A stretch of DNA of 62,886 nt, counting the filler. It is 6 parts of 6 records of this genome, joined end to end, with 100 filler letters (N's around TTAATTAATTAA, not from the genome) between each part and the next. Parts side by side here need not be neighbours in the genome. Positions count along the whole stretch, not along the records: positions 32,309 to 54,104 come from SRR31147125_2528; 5 more parts are not named here. One strand, given 5' to 3'. Positions within the stretch are counted from its first letter, which is position 1. The number at the start of each line of letters is the position of its first letter. Below the pieces are notes generated by a model. It had not been told where the DNA came from, did not search any database, and saw only the letters and a program-made list of their open reading frames with translations. Of the stretch, positions 43,101 to 53,272 are shown piece after piece. The position numbers were made by a program, and so were the translations under genes.

Positions 43101-45914
43101 GATATCTCTCCTTTATCTGATATACCTAACCTCAGTAATCTGAACATAAGTCGCTGTGATTATATTTCGGATATTTCTCCATTAGCAAATCTTAAAAACC
43201 TTAAGAAGTTGGATATCACAAAATGCAGAAGTTTAAGTAATCCTTCAGCAATTTCTAGTATTAGTAATCTTGAAGATTTAAGTATGGATATTAAATATCA
43301 AAAAGACTTGGAGGTTTTAAATGATTTAGGTTGTTTGACCGACCTTTATCTAAAACAAATTACTGATGAATATGAAAAGGTGGTTTCTATTGATTCAATA
43401 GGAAATTTAACAAGTCTAGAGTCGCTTAAGATGGATGGTTTTTCGGAAATAAAGAGTATAGAATTTGTTTCCGCTCTTGAGAACCTAAAAGCTATAAGTA
43501 TATACTCTTTTGATAAATTAGAAGATGTCTCCAATCTAAAAGATCTTAAAAGTATAACAGAGCTTTCTATTAACGGAAGCAAATATATTACCGATTTATC
43601 AGCAATTTATGAACTTGATAAAATCACATCGCTGAGTTTTATCGAAACAGGTGTTGACAACATAGATTTTTTGAGCAACTTTAAAAATTTAACATCACTT
43701 TCTTTTGGTAGCTATTGGGAGTCAGATACAATAGAAGATATTGAGCCAATAACTAATTTAACTAGTCTTAAGACACTATATATTTCTAATTGCAGCGGAA
43801 TAGAATCATTAAAACCACTTGAAAAATTAGTTAATATCGAAAACCTATATATTATAAATTGCAAAAACATAGCCGATATAAATGCTTTAGAAAGCTTAAC
43901 CAACGTAAAAGTACTGGATTTAACTAACTCATCTGGAATAACAAATGTATCTGCACTTGGAAATATGAAAAAGTTAACCGACGTGAAGCTTGATGTAAGT
44001 AGAACAAGTGATATTTCAGCATTTAAAAACTGGAAACAGGTTGAAAATCTTTCACTTTCAGCCGGCGAAAAATCTGTTAGTCCTTTGCTTTCAGTTGAAT
44101 CGTTAGAATATTTAAGAAATTTAAAAACTCTTTCTCTTGTAAATTTAAAACAATTAAGAGATATAAGTTCATTAAGCAAATTAAACCTTATTACTGATTT
44201 AACTATTAAGAATTGTTCATCAATTATAAATATTGATCCAATTTCTTCTTTAATAAGTATAAATAAACTCGATATTAGCAAAAATACTGCCTTATCGGAT
44301 ATCAGTGCGCTTAGCACATTGACCAACATAACTGATTTGAATATGAAAGACAGTAAAAGGATTAAAGATATCAGCTCGCTTCAAGATTTAACCAATTTAG
44401 AAAAACTAGAATTTGATGCATATAATGTCCCAGATTTAATGCCTTTAGCAGCTTGTAAGAAAATCAACTACATCGATTTATCAGGATTTGTTGAATACAT
44501 AGAAGTTGGCACTTGGAAATATGAGAAAGTAGAAGTGCCAATCACATTGGACCAATTAGAAGTTATAGATCATTTAACTGGTCTAAAAAGTCTAAACTTG
44601 TATCTTTGTGAATTAGAAGATATTGATATGGTATCTAATCTAAAAGATCTTTCTTATTTGACGATAGGCGAGTGTAAAAACCTAACTGATATATCTGCTA
44701 TTAATAATTTAAATTCTATAAAAGAGCTAAATATAACTGATTGTCTTTCTTTAGAAGAGTTCCCTACTGTTAGTAATTTGAATGAAATAGAATCATTAAG
44801 CGTAGATATGACAAAAATCGAAGATTTTTCTACACTAGCTGATTTATCATCATTAAAAGGCCTTAAACTTTCTGGTGGGTGGTATTATGACAGAACAAAC
44901 TGGGCAGCATCATATTATAACCAAATGAAGACAGAAGATATATCTTTTATTTCTAATATGAAAAATCTAGAATCTTTGGAAATCAGTGATACCAATCGTA
45001 TAAAAGATTATTCACCACTTAATAGTTTAACAAATTTGAAAAATTTAAACCTTTCAGCAAACTTTACTTTAACCTCATTAGAAGTTATTGATAATCTTAC
45101 AGAATTAAACACATTAAGTATTTATGGTTGTAGACGAATTAAAAATATTTCTTCTTTAAATAAATTAACCAATATTAGAGCACTTAGTATAAATGATTGT
45201 TTAGAGATCCGCGACCTAACATCGCTTGCTTCATTGACAAAATTAGAATACTTAGATATAAGTGAATGCAGAAACATTACAGATGTTACTCCTATTTCAA
45301 ATTTGCCTAATCTTGAAGAACTCGATATATCAGATTGGTCAAAATTAATTACTGATTTAACTCCTATTGGCCAGATTCCTAATTTGAGAAAACTAACATA
45401 TGAGTTTAAAAATAACTTAGATGATTTGACACCTTTAGGAAACCTTAAGAAACTAGAGAAATTTAACTTTGTAATAAAAAATTACAGAAGCAACACTTTA
45501 GCTGATCTTAGCTTTATCTCATCACTGGATGGGTTAAAAGAACTCTATCTAACAGCAAATTCACTATATGAGGGTATTGATTACTCTTACATTTCACAAG
45601 CTGAAAGCCTTGAAAACTTATACCTTGATGGCAAGGGTTGGAAATTCATCTTAGAACCGTCAGTGATACAAGATGTTCCAAACCTTTATATTAACCCTGA
45701 TTACTTAAGATCATTGGATGGAATAACAGAAATAGATGGTCTAAGTGGATTATGGATGGATACATCAATGGGTAAAACAAGGCGTATAAAGAAATATGAA
45801 GATTCTATTAATAAACTTACCGAAAATGAAGTAGTTATAAACATAGACGACTATAATGGTTTGTACGATACCTGGAACTACTCGCAAAATGAAAACGAAT
45901 TTTATTACGATTAA
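40107..45914 (+). CDS. membrane Hanks-type Ser/Thr kinase with very long leucine-rich-repeat ectodomain (1935 aa)
   Basis: Zn-ribbon, GHGGFG, HRDISPDN, DFG, PPEQ; TM; ~1450 aa of LxxLxxLxxLxLxxCxxIxDIS repeats; ATGA overlap with the upstream kinase. Confidence 0.93.
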   Translation: MTTNFCYKCFNELNENENTCPICGYTYHAQSENAVNLKPGTILKGKYLIGEVLGHGGFGITYIAIDLTLNIKYAIKEFFPEGLCGRGKDEVTVQSYTGTDGENYEKGLNSFLEEGKTMAMFNKVESIVQIEEYFEENGTAYIVMEYLDGVDLSAYLKKQPNSILNWEQTSTIIKPIMTALVEVHKKKIIHRDISPDNIFITKDNTVKLLDFGAARLASEDNQKSLSVVLKQGYAPPEQYYTRGEQGPWTDVYALSATIYKMLTGERLCEAMDRMMGEELISVQEKGVAVNDIVDKAMSIALRVDHQKRYKNVKEFERAIFRSYTIKEDNLFNILKSIAKEKKPIGDKISYLKALFIEICILAYDSTIKGAKWLWKQIKRYYAKLFIREFRDRKFIKNFSISTASLVFTITAYILFFTGGPLSLINNPNHVIKFNDEAIEQSVRASLNNFEGNILYKNLQDVKSLSIEADEIDSAKDLRKLYNLQALKLSEEFVLSNEFKQNRSVIKKVSKEGYVYVAIDSISNLDTITKSVRGLDGLEISNLSTTDYEHIINLFEDKDYTYLSLVNYDLNINVNDIGGLKKLEVLELKQTEENNIIDIDNLDFLNSINALKSLSIINCNPVDLSVLNHSRTLEKLIVNGTVSNEIAGITDILPISNFANLKELSLIDCSGLNDLSSLSSLKQLETLKLVNAFEEEVNLTDLIPISRMTNLQSLSLENFSKLEDINPLSNLTSLKELSLNNCSSVKNIDALFNFKSLSYLDLNNLNSIKDIDALQGLTDLYYLDLTNCSGIFSIDSIKNNTKIRYLYLSNCVNISDISAIKDFTQMKDLNLSKCSKIENVDVLNDMKKLVNLDLTDCFMISDISSISNSSEIKNLSLDNCLNIDDISALSKLTKLECLNINNLTKINSVDSIKNMGNLAELKMAYCYNISDISCFSNLINLETLDISFCNNISDVSSMQNLTSLVTLNAENCYSINNIDAFSELSSLDYLNISNSDSLSDISPLSDIPNLSNLNISRCDYISDISPLANLKNLKKLDITKCRSLSNPSAISSISNLEDLSMDIKYQKDLEVLNDLGCLTDLYLKQITDEYEKVVSIDSIGNLTSLESLKMDGFSEIKSIEFVSALENLKAISIYSFDKLEDVSNLKDLKSITELSINGSKYITDLSAIYELDKITSLSFIETGVDNIDFLSNFKNLTSLSFGSYWESDTIEDIEPITNLTSLKTLYISNCSGIESLKPLEKLVNIENLYIINCKNIADINALESLTNVKVLDLTNSSGITNVSALGNMKKLTDVKLDVSRTSDISAFKNWKQVENLSLSAGEKSVSPLLSVESLEYLRNLKTLSLVNLKQLRDISSLSKLNLITDLTIKNCSSIINIDPISSLISINKLDISKNTALSDISALSTLTNITDLNMKDSKRIKDISSLQDLTNLEKLEFDAYNVPDLMPLAACKKINYIDLSGFVEYIEVGTWKYEKVEVPITLDQLEVIDHLTGLKSLNLYLCELEDIDMVSNLKDLSYLTIGECKNLTDISAINNLNSIKELNITDCLSLEEFPTVSNLNEIESLSVDMTKIEDFSTLADLSSLKGLKLSGGWYYDRTNWAASYYNQMKTEDISFISNMKNLESLEISDTNRIKDYSPLNSLTNLKNLNLSANFTLTSLEVIDNLTELNTLSIYGCRRIKNISSLNKLTNIRALSINDCLEIRDLTSLASLTKLEYLDISECRNITDVTPISNLPNLEELDISDWSKLITDLTPIGQIPNLRKLTYEFKNNLDDLTPLGNLKKLEKFNFVIKNYRSNTLADLSFISSLDGLKELYLTANSLYEGIDYSYISQAESLENLYLDGKGWKFILEPSVIQDVPNLYINPDYLRSLDGITEIDGLSGLWMDTSMGKTRRIKKYEDSINKLTENEVVINIDDYNGLYDTWNYSQNENEFYYD

Positions 45915-45951
45915 TATTAATTATTGTTGAGACTAGATTAACAATAAGCAT

Positions 45952-45983
45952 ATAAGGCTCTCATTTTGTATGGGAGCTTTTAT
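45952..45983 (+). terminator. probable intrinsic terminator after kinase operon
   Basis: AAGGCTCTCAT/ATGGGAGCTTT stem followed by T-rich tail. Confidence 0.6.
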
Positions 45984-46238
45984 GTTACATCGCTATAGAT
46001 CAAAATGCATTCTTGTGATTTATTATTAAAATGTGATTATATACTAGCCTATAGCTTCACACCGATTTCTCATATTATAACTCAGTAAAAAGATTAACTA
46101 ATACTGACATTCAAATCAACCTGCTATATTACTACATTTAATATCATAAATTACATTTCGAATATTGATTATCAACATTTCCAGTGATATACTGTTATTA
46201 TTCTAGCATATATTAATTACTTAATAGAGGTTATTATT

Positions 46239-47504
46239 ATGGATCCCAACGTACCAATGTATATTATATGTACATTTATAACTAATTTTTCAATTGCATA
46301 TGGATTTTCATTTTTCAAGTCTGATTTTAAGCAAAGGTTTTGGCAATACTTTTTATTAGGACTTGGATTTGTTTGCCTTCAGTTAATTAATATATTTTCA
46401 GGCGTGTCTTTTGACACTGTATATGCTATTCCAATATCTTATGCTGGAATGATTGTTTTGTATTTTATAATTTTTAAAGAAAATATTATTAACACAATGT
46501 TATCCTTTTTTACAGGATACGTTCCAGTAATTCTTTGGGATATGATTACCCTTGCATTTATCGCACTTATTACTAAAGCCTCTGTAGTTGAGTTTTTATC
46601 AAATGATTGGAATCGTCTAGCTGTAGTTTCACTGTACCCATTTTTATATTTCTTACTTGGTAAATTCGTACCTTTTAAACGGTTTTTCGACTCATTAAAA
46701 GAATACCATCCTGTTATGTCTTTGATATCATCTAATATCTTGTTATATGTTCTATGCTTTATGTTATTAATTGAAGATATACAGACTGATGCTGAACCAT
46801 CTTTTTTCTATATATTCTTTTTGATAACTCTAGTTATTGGTGTAAACATAATGATGGTTCGCTCATTTATAAAAAACACAAACAAAATGAAACAAGCACA
46901 AGAATATAGTCATTTAAAAGAAGAAGTTACTCCTTTGATTCAGAATAATATACAGCAGCAACATGATTTTAAAAACCATTTAGCCACCCTCAAAACATTT
47001 ATAAATAATGAAAATTCTGTTGGAGTAAAATATATTGATTCGTTATCAAGTAGCTTGCAAAAAATTAATGAGTACTTAAAGTGGAACAACCCTATTTTAG
47101 GTGCATTAATTCAAAGAAAAATTCAAGAAGCAATCTCATTTGATATTAATTTCGAGACCATTTCGTTTGGCGTAGATGACCAGTTTCCTATTGAAGATTA
47201 TGAATTAGTATCTGTTGTCTCAAATTTAATTGACAATGCTTTAGAGGCGACTATATTACTACCTATTAATCAAAGAAATATTAATTTAACAATAGGAAGA
47301 GATACTAATTTATTTATTTCTGTCGAAAATTCATGTGATATAGATAATAAAATTCTGAATAGAATATTCCAGCGTAGTTTTTCAACAAAGAAAAATGGGC
47401 AAGGATTAGGACTATATAATGTAAAACAAATCGTAGAAAAAAGTAATGGTAAAATTGATGTATATCCTAAGGCAAATAACATTGAAATAAAAATAATATT
47501 TTAA
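46239..47504 (+). CDS. GHKL sensor histidine kinase (AgrC/VirS-like)
   Basis: Multi-TM N-terminus; QHDFKNHL H-box, SNLIDNALEA, FSTK..GQGLGL. Confidence 0.92.
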   Translation: MDPNVPMYIICTFITNFSIAYGFSFFKSDFKQRFWQYFLLGLGFVCLQLINIFSGVSFDTVYAIPISYAGMIVLYFIIFKENIINTMLSFFTGYVPVILWDMITLAFIALITKASVVEFLSNDWNRLAVVSLYPFLYFLLGKFVPFKRFFDSLKEYHPVMSLISSNILLYVLCFMLLIEDIQTDAEPSFFYIFFLITLVIGVNIMMVRSFIKNTNKMKQAQEYSHLKEEVTPLIQNNIQQQHDFKNHLATLKTFINNENSVGVKYIDSLSSSLQKINEYLKWNNPILGALIQRKIQEAISFDINFETISFGVDDQFPIEDYELVSVVSNLIDNALEATILLPINQRNINLTIGRDTNLFISVENSCDIDNKILNRIFQRSFSTKKNGQGLGLYNVKQIVEKSNGKIDVYPKANNIEIKIIF

Positions 47505-47537
47505 ATAAAAGCTTTAAAACAAAGGACATTATCTTAT

Positions 47538-48833
47538 ATGAATGATATGACAATAATGATAATATGTTTATTTCCAACAAATCTTTCTGTTGCGTTCGGT
47601 TTCTCATTTCTTAATTCTGATTTTAAAGAAAATTGGTTTAAATACTTGGTTCTTGGACTTCTTTTTGTTGGCATACAATGGATAATGGTTCTAACGGGTA
47701 TTGCCTATGACACTGTATATTCAGTTCCAATAGGATATATTTGCATGGTTTCATTTTACTATTTTCTTTTTAAGGAAAACTTAATTAATAGTATTCTTGC
47801 TTTTTTCATAGCAGGTATACCGCGAATTCTATATGAATACAGCCTGTTTAGCATTATAACAACATTTTTTAATGGCGATATGCTGCAAGTAATCAATAAT
47901 AATCAAAACCGTTTACTTATATGCTTTTCGTTCTTGCTACTATATATTATTCTAAAAATACTTGTTCCTTTTAAGCGATTACTATCTCCACTAGAGCCAC
48001 ATTTCCCCATAATTTCACTGGTTGGTGCTAACATACTTTTATATGTTCTATGCTATCGCCTTATGCTTGATAGCTATAGATTTGACCATATACCATCAAT
48101 ATCTTATTTCCTATTTCTTTTATTAGTAATAATGGCAATAAATGCACTAATGGTAGCAAGTTTTATAAAAAATTATAATGAAATGAAAAAAGTAAAAGAG
48201 TATGGAAAACTAAAAGAAGATGTACTCCCTCTTATTGAAAACAATATTCAACTACAACACGATTTTAAAAATCACCTTACTGCTTTAAAATTATCAATTG
48301 CAAATGACTATTCAAAAGAATCTCAATACATAGACTCTCTAACTGAAGAAATAAATAATAATAACGAACACATGAAATGGAACAACCCTATTTTAGGTGC
48401 TCTTATACATCAAAAGAAACAAGAGGCCTATTCTCTAGGAATCAAGTTCATTACGACCTCTCATCATGTAGATAATCAATTTCCTATTGAAGATTACAAC
48501 TTAATTTCAATGGTATCAAATCTTATCGATAATGCACTTGAAGCTATAAGTAATCTTTCTCCAGAAAAAAGAGAAGTATTTATGACTATTGGATCAGATG
48601 AAAAGTTATTTATTTCTGTTAGCAATACAGTCGATATTGATAAGATAGAGCTTAGCAAAGTCTTTAAAATGGGTTATTCCACCAAAGGCAAAAACAGAGG
48701 TCACGGTTTATCCTATGTCAAGAATATTGTTGATAAATCGAAAGGAGATATCGAAATCTATCCATTAAAAGATATGTTAGAAATTAAAATAACTTATGAT
48801 TATTCCAAAACTTCTGATACTTTGTCAACATAA
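47538..48833 (+). CDS. GHKL sensor histidine kinase (paralogue of upstream gene)
   Basis: QHDFKNHL, WNNPILGALI, SNLIDNALEA, YSTKG..RGHGL. Confidence 0.92.
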   Translation: MNDMTIMIICLFPTNLSVAFGFSFLNSDFKENWFKYLVLGLLFVGIQWIMVLTGIAYDTVYSVPIGYICMVSFYYFLFKENLINSILAFFIAGIPRILYEYSLFSIITTFFNGDMLQVINNNQNRLLICFSFLLLYIILKILVPFKRLLSPLEPHFPIISLVGANILLYVLCYRLMLDSYRFDHIPSISYFLFLLLVIMAINALMVASFIKNYNEMKKVKEYGKLKEDVLPLIENNIQLQHDFKNHLTALKLSIANDYSKESQYIDSLTEEINNNNEHMKWNNPILGALIHQKKQEAYSLGIKFITTSHHVDNQFPIEDYNLISMVSNLIDNALEAISNLSPEKREVFMTIGSDEKLFISVSNTVDIDKIELSKVFKMGYSTKGKNRGHGLSYVKNIVDKSKGDIEIYPLKDMLEIKITYDYSKTSDTLST

Positions 48834-49044
48834 GTTATTCCTACTGGAATCATGTTATCAATCGTCTTAAGTTGAATATTTGAACCGCGATGGTTTCTAT
48901 CAAACCTTATTACAAAATCTATATTTATAATAATTGAATATAAGTTTTCTGCTAATTTTTTATTATTCTCTAATATTAAAATATTTTGCAGTATTCTTAA
49001 TCTCTTTATCGTGTATAATTTTATTATATTATCTGTACAGCATA

Positions 49045-51131
49045 TTATTCAGGCAGTTTAACACCTTCAATTTCTGTTGCTCGTTCGGCATAGATATTGC
49101 CTCTATCCGCGCCTGTCGCAACAATAGTACCATTATTTTTTATTCCATATACACCTTCGAGACCAAAAGTAATAGCAACCAAATCTGTCCAATCCTGCAC
49201 ATGGCATCTATTACGATAGTTATTGCCCGATGCAACGGCTGTTCCATCTTCCTTTAATCCCAAGATAGTAGCATCAGCTATTTTAATATCTACAATATTT
49301 ACCCAGTCATCACAGTTTACTCTTTCCCAACCTGGTGCACTGCCTTCTAATATAGTCGTCCCATCCGCTTTCAAAGCGAAAAAGATCTTACCTGTATTAT
49401 CATTTAGCACCTTTACAATATTCTCCCAACTTTCAAAGTTGATTTTATATTTATTATCCCCTGTGTAAACAACACTTCCATCTTTTTTTATACCTACGAC
49501 AAGAGTTTTTCCTATATGTATATCTACAATATCCGTCCAACCATCAAAGTTAAATTCCTCTTCAAATCCACCTGTCCAAATAACCGTTCCATCACGTTTT
49601 ATACCAATCGTATAATTGTAATCTGCAAATACGTTTGCAATATCGCTCCAGTCTTCCACATCGCATTGCCCATATGTATTATCACCGACGGCAACAACCA
49701 TTCCATCAGACTTTAACCCAACCGTAGTAATGTCTGTACTTGCAATGCTTACTATATCTGTCCAGCTTTGAACATTCGTACTTCCGTTTCTGTTCCACTC
49801 TGATGCAACCACTCTTCCATCTGATTTTATACCAAAACTAGCATCTGGGGGACCCCTAGTTCCACCTGCTATTGCTACAACATCCGTCCAATCATCTACT
49901 TTGCATTGCCCTCCATCATTTGAACCAAAAGCAATCGCCGTTCCGTCCTCTTTCACAACAATCAAGTCGTCATTAATGGTCGCCCTTTCTAAATGTTGCC
50001 AATCATTTTCCAGCGAATACTGATATATCTCCACTTCTGTTTGTCGAATTTGCGCTTTACTGTCTTTATAACTTCCAAGCTCTTTGTAATTTTCTATCGC
50101 CATATAAAAATCGTTATTTTCACGATAGTTTGATGCTTGTATATATTTAGCTTCCAAAACTAACGTTTCGCTATCTTTATACTCTAATATCTCGTTGAAC
50201 GTTTGTATCCCATAATCAAATTCACCGCCACTTATCATGTTATTTGCATACTCATATTTTGAAGCAATGATTAAGTCCTCGCTGTCCTTATAGCCATCAA
50301 GTTCGGTTAAAAGCACTATGGCACTTTGATATTCACCATTGTTCTTATGCGATATTGCCTTTTGGTATTGTGATTCGGTGAGCAAGCTTTGGTTATCCTT
50401 ATACTCCAAGTTATCGCTAAAATATGAAATCGCCGTGTCATATTCACCCTTATTCATTTTTTCGACCGCATGATTGTACTTAATATTTGGATTTAGCAAA
50501 AAGAAGTATCCCACTAATCCAGCTGCTATAACCACAGCCGTTATTATTGATATTAGTCCGATTGTCTTTGATCTTCTTTTATTTTGCTTTTTTTCTTTGT
50601 GCGTTTTACTTGTCGCTTAGGCGTAGCATCTTCACTATCATTTTGAATTCTAAGCGTTTCACTCTTTGTATTATTGTTATATTTCTGATCGCTTCCTTTC
50701 AATTCATCTGGAAGTGTTCGAGCTATTAATTTCTTAAAATCATCGTCATTCATATCATGTTGCATAATCGCCTGATAAATTGAAGTATGCAATTTCCAAT
50801 CCAAGGGTAAATCGGTATCCTCAATACAAATGGCAAGGAAATCTTTTTCTGAACTCACCGCGGTAAACGCTTCTTTTTTAACATTGATTGAATTCACTGA
50901 GTTCTGCGAAATAAACACAATAAAATAACTACATTTATATAATGCTTGGGCAATTTCGTTGACCCATTCGTTACCTGGGTCTATCCCTTCGTCATACCAA
51001 AGGCGATAACCCATATTATGCAGTTTTTCCATGAGTGGGTATACTTTTTCAGCATCCTTATGAGCATAACTAACAAAAATATATGGTTCTTCGCCAGAAT
51101 ACGCGTCAAAGGGTATGTTTGCAATATCCAT
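49045..51131 (-). CDS. TIR-TM-TPR-like-RCC1-repeat membrane protein (one frameshift in A7 run at ~50588-50594)
   Basis: TIR (FVSYAHKD, WYDEGIDPG, NVKKE) in the 50553-51149 frame. Adding one A joins it to the QNKRRSKTIGLISIITAVVIAAGLVGYFFL TM and the YKDS-type TPR and RCC1 repeats of 49045-50535. Confidence 0.82.
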
Positions 51132-51185
51132 TTCAACCTCTTTACTCAATAATATATTATATCTGCTATTAAATTACTTCATTTA

Positions 51186-53272
51186 TCACTCGGGCAACTT
51201 AATGCCTTCCATGTACGTTTCCCCTTCTTTTGCAAACACCGAACTTTTAAAATCTCTATTCAGCCCTGTCGCGACAACCGTCCCATCGGATTTAAGCCCT
51301 ATAGTGTGCGTACTACTCACTTCCACATTGACTATATCCGTCCAATCCTCAACTTCGCATACACCATAAATGTTATTCCCTGCTGCCACAACCGTTCCAT
51401 CGCTCTTTAATCCAACAATATGGGTAACTTCATCAAAGTTGGCTTTCTTGATGTTCGTCCAACCTGTCATGTCGAATTCTAAATCATATAAATCAACAGC
51501 GGCAATGACAGTTCCATCTGTTTTATGCCCCGCAATATAAGCTTCCGAAACACCGATATCCATAATGCCTTCCCAGTCATCATAATTCAGCTTGCTTCTA
51601 TTCTTACCAGCCCAAAGAATACTACCATCTTCTTTTAACCCAACCGTAAAGCTACGTGCAGTGGATATCGCCACCACATCTGTCCAATTTTGGACATCGC
51701 ATTGCCCAAACGTATTATCCCCAGTCGCAACAACCGTCCCATCAGATTTAAGGCCAACAGTTCGCCAACGCTTATACGATAGACTTACAATATCCGTCCA
51801 ACCTTCAACATCACATTGACCGTAAGCATTCCAACCCGTAGACACGACTGTTCCATCCATCTTCAGTCCAAAACTGCAGTTTTCATCTGCCACAACCTCA
51901 ACAATATCCGTCCACTCCTCTACATTGCATTGTCCATATTTATTATTCCCCGTCGCAACAACTGTTCCATCCATCTTCAGTCCAAAGCTACAGTCACCCG
52001 CTGCCACTACGACCGCAATATCTGTCCAACCTTCTACGTTACACTGTCCCTCGCCATTGTCGCCAACGGCAAAACCCGTTCCATCTTCTTTCACTCCAAT
52101 AGAATGCATTTGCCCAGCTGCAATCGTTGGTCTTTCAATGTCTTTCCATTCTGTAGCAAGTACATTCTGGTATATTTCAACACCAGTTTGCTCCATTTGT
52201 TGTTTGCTGTCTTTATAGTCTCCAAGCTCAACGTAATTAGCAATTGCCCGATAGAATTTATTACTTTCACGATAATATTCCGCTTGCTGATATTTGGTCT
52301 CTAAAATCATCGACTCACTATCCTTGTATTCAGAAACATCCTCGAACATCTCAAGGGCCTTATCAAATTCGTTATTGTCCAAAACCTCATTAGCATATAG
52401 ATATTTGATTTCGGTCATCATTTCTTCGCTGTCTTCATAGTCGGGAATATCAGACAAAAGATCGATTGCTTTCTCATAATCACCATTATCTTTTAGTGAT
52501 ATCGCGCTCAAGTATTGAGATTTTAAAAGCATACTCTCATTATCTTTATAGTCAATATTTTTTTCAAAATACAAAATCGCTTCATCGTAGTTTCCAGCAT
52601 TCATCTTTTCTACAGCATTATTATAATTTGCTTCTGGAATGCGCAAAATGTAAATAGCCATATAGGCTGAAATAGCAAAAAGCCCAACCACAACTGAAGC
52701 AATCCATATTATCCTTTTGCCCTTTTTAGGCTTTTGTCTTGTTTTTTTAGATTCGCTAAGGCTTCGTATGTTGATATTATTGGTATTCTGCAAATCCACT
52801 TCTGTTTCTAAGTCGTTGTTTTGCGGAACAATATATCCTTCTCTTAAATCGTCAGAAAATGTCCTGCTAATTTTCTTTTCAAAGTTAGCATCAGACATAT
52901 TATATTGCAATATTGCTTGATAAATAGATGTGTTCATCTCCCAATCCATCGGTAACTTTACATCTTCAATATATATTGCTAAAAAGTTTTTATTAGTGCT
53001 AACAGCAGTAAACGCTTCTTTTTTTACATTGATTGAATTAAGCGAATTTTCTGAAATAAACACAATAAAATAACTGCATTTATATAACGCTTGAGCAATT
53101 TCGTTGACCCATTCGTTCCCAGGATCTATTCCCTCGTCATACCAAAGTCGATAGCCCAATGCAGTTTTTCCATTAAAGGATATACTGTTTCAGAATCCTT
53201 ATGCGCATAACTTACAAACACATACGGCTGTTCACCCGTATATGCTTCAAACGGTATTTTTGTTATGTCCAT
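51186..53272 (-). CDS. TIR-TM-TPR-like-RCC1-repeat membrane protein (one frameshift near 53160)
   Basis: ATG 53272 gives MDITKIPFEAYTGEQPYVFVSYAHKD, matching the paralogue; continues in the 51186-53159 frame: TIR, TM, YKDS repeats, 38-aa RCC1-like repeats. Confidence 0.85.

Noticed and set aside
48934-49257. 107-aa hydrophobic + strand ORF
   Set aside because: TTG start in AT-rich intergenic DNA overlapping a real gene on the opposite strand; low-complexity artefact.
50588-50594. A7 run splitting TIR from its ectodomain as possible phase variation
   Set aside because: Indistinguishable from the dataset-wide homopolymer errors; needs read-level evidence before being treated as biology.
41804-52920. 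Many antisense ORFs of 60-205 aa opposite the LRR and RCC1 genes
   Set aside because: Shadow frames of repetitive coding sequence; no RBS or motifs.
37579-53272. Diversity-generating retroelement acting on the receptor ectodomains
   Set aside because: No RT and no TR/VR pair with adenine-specific mismatches seen; repeats are ordinary in-frame units.
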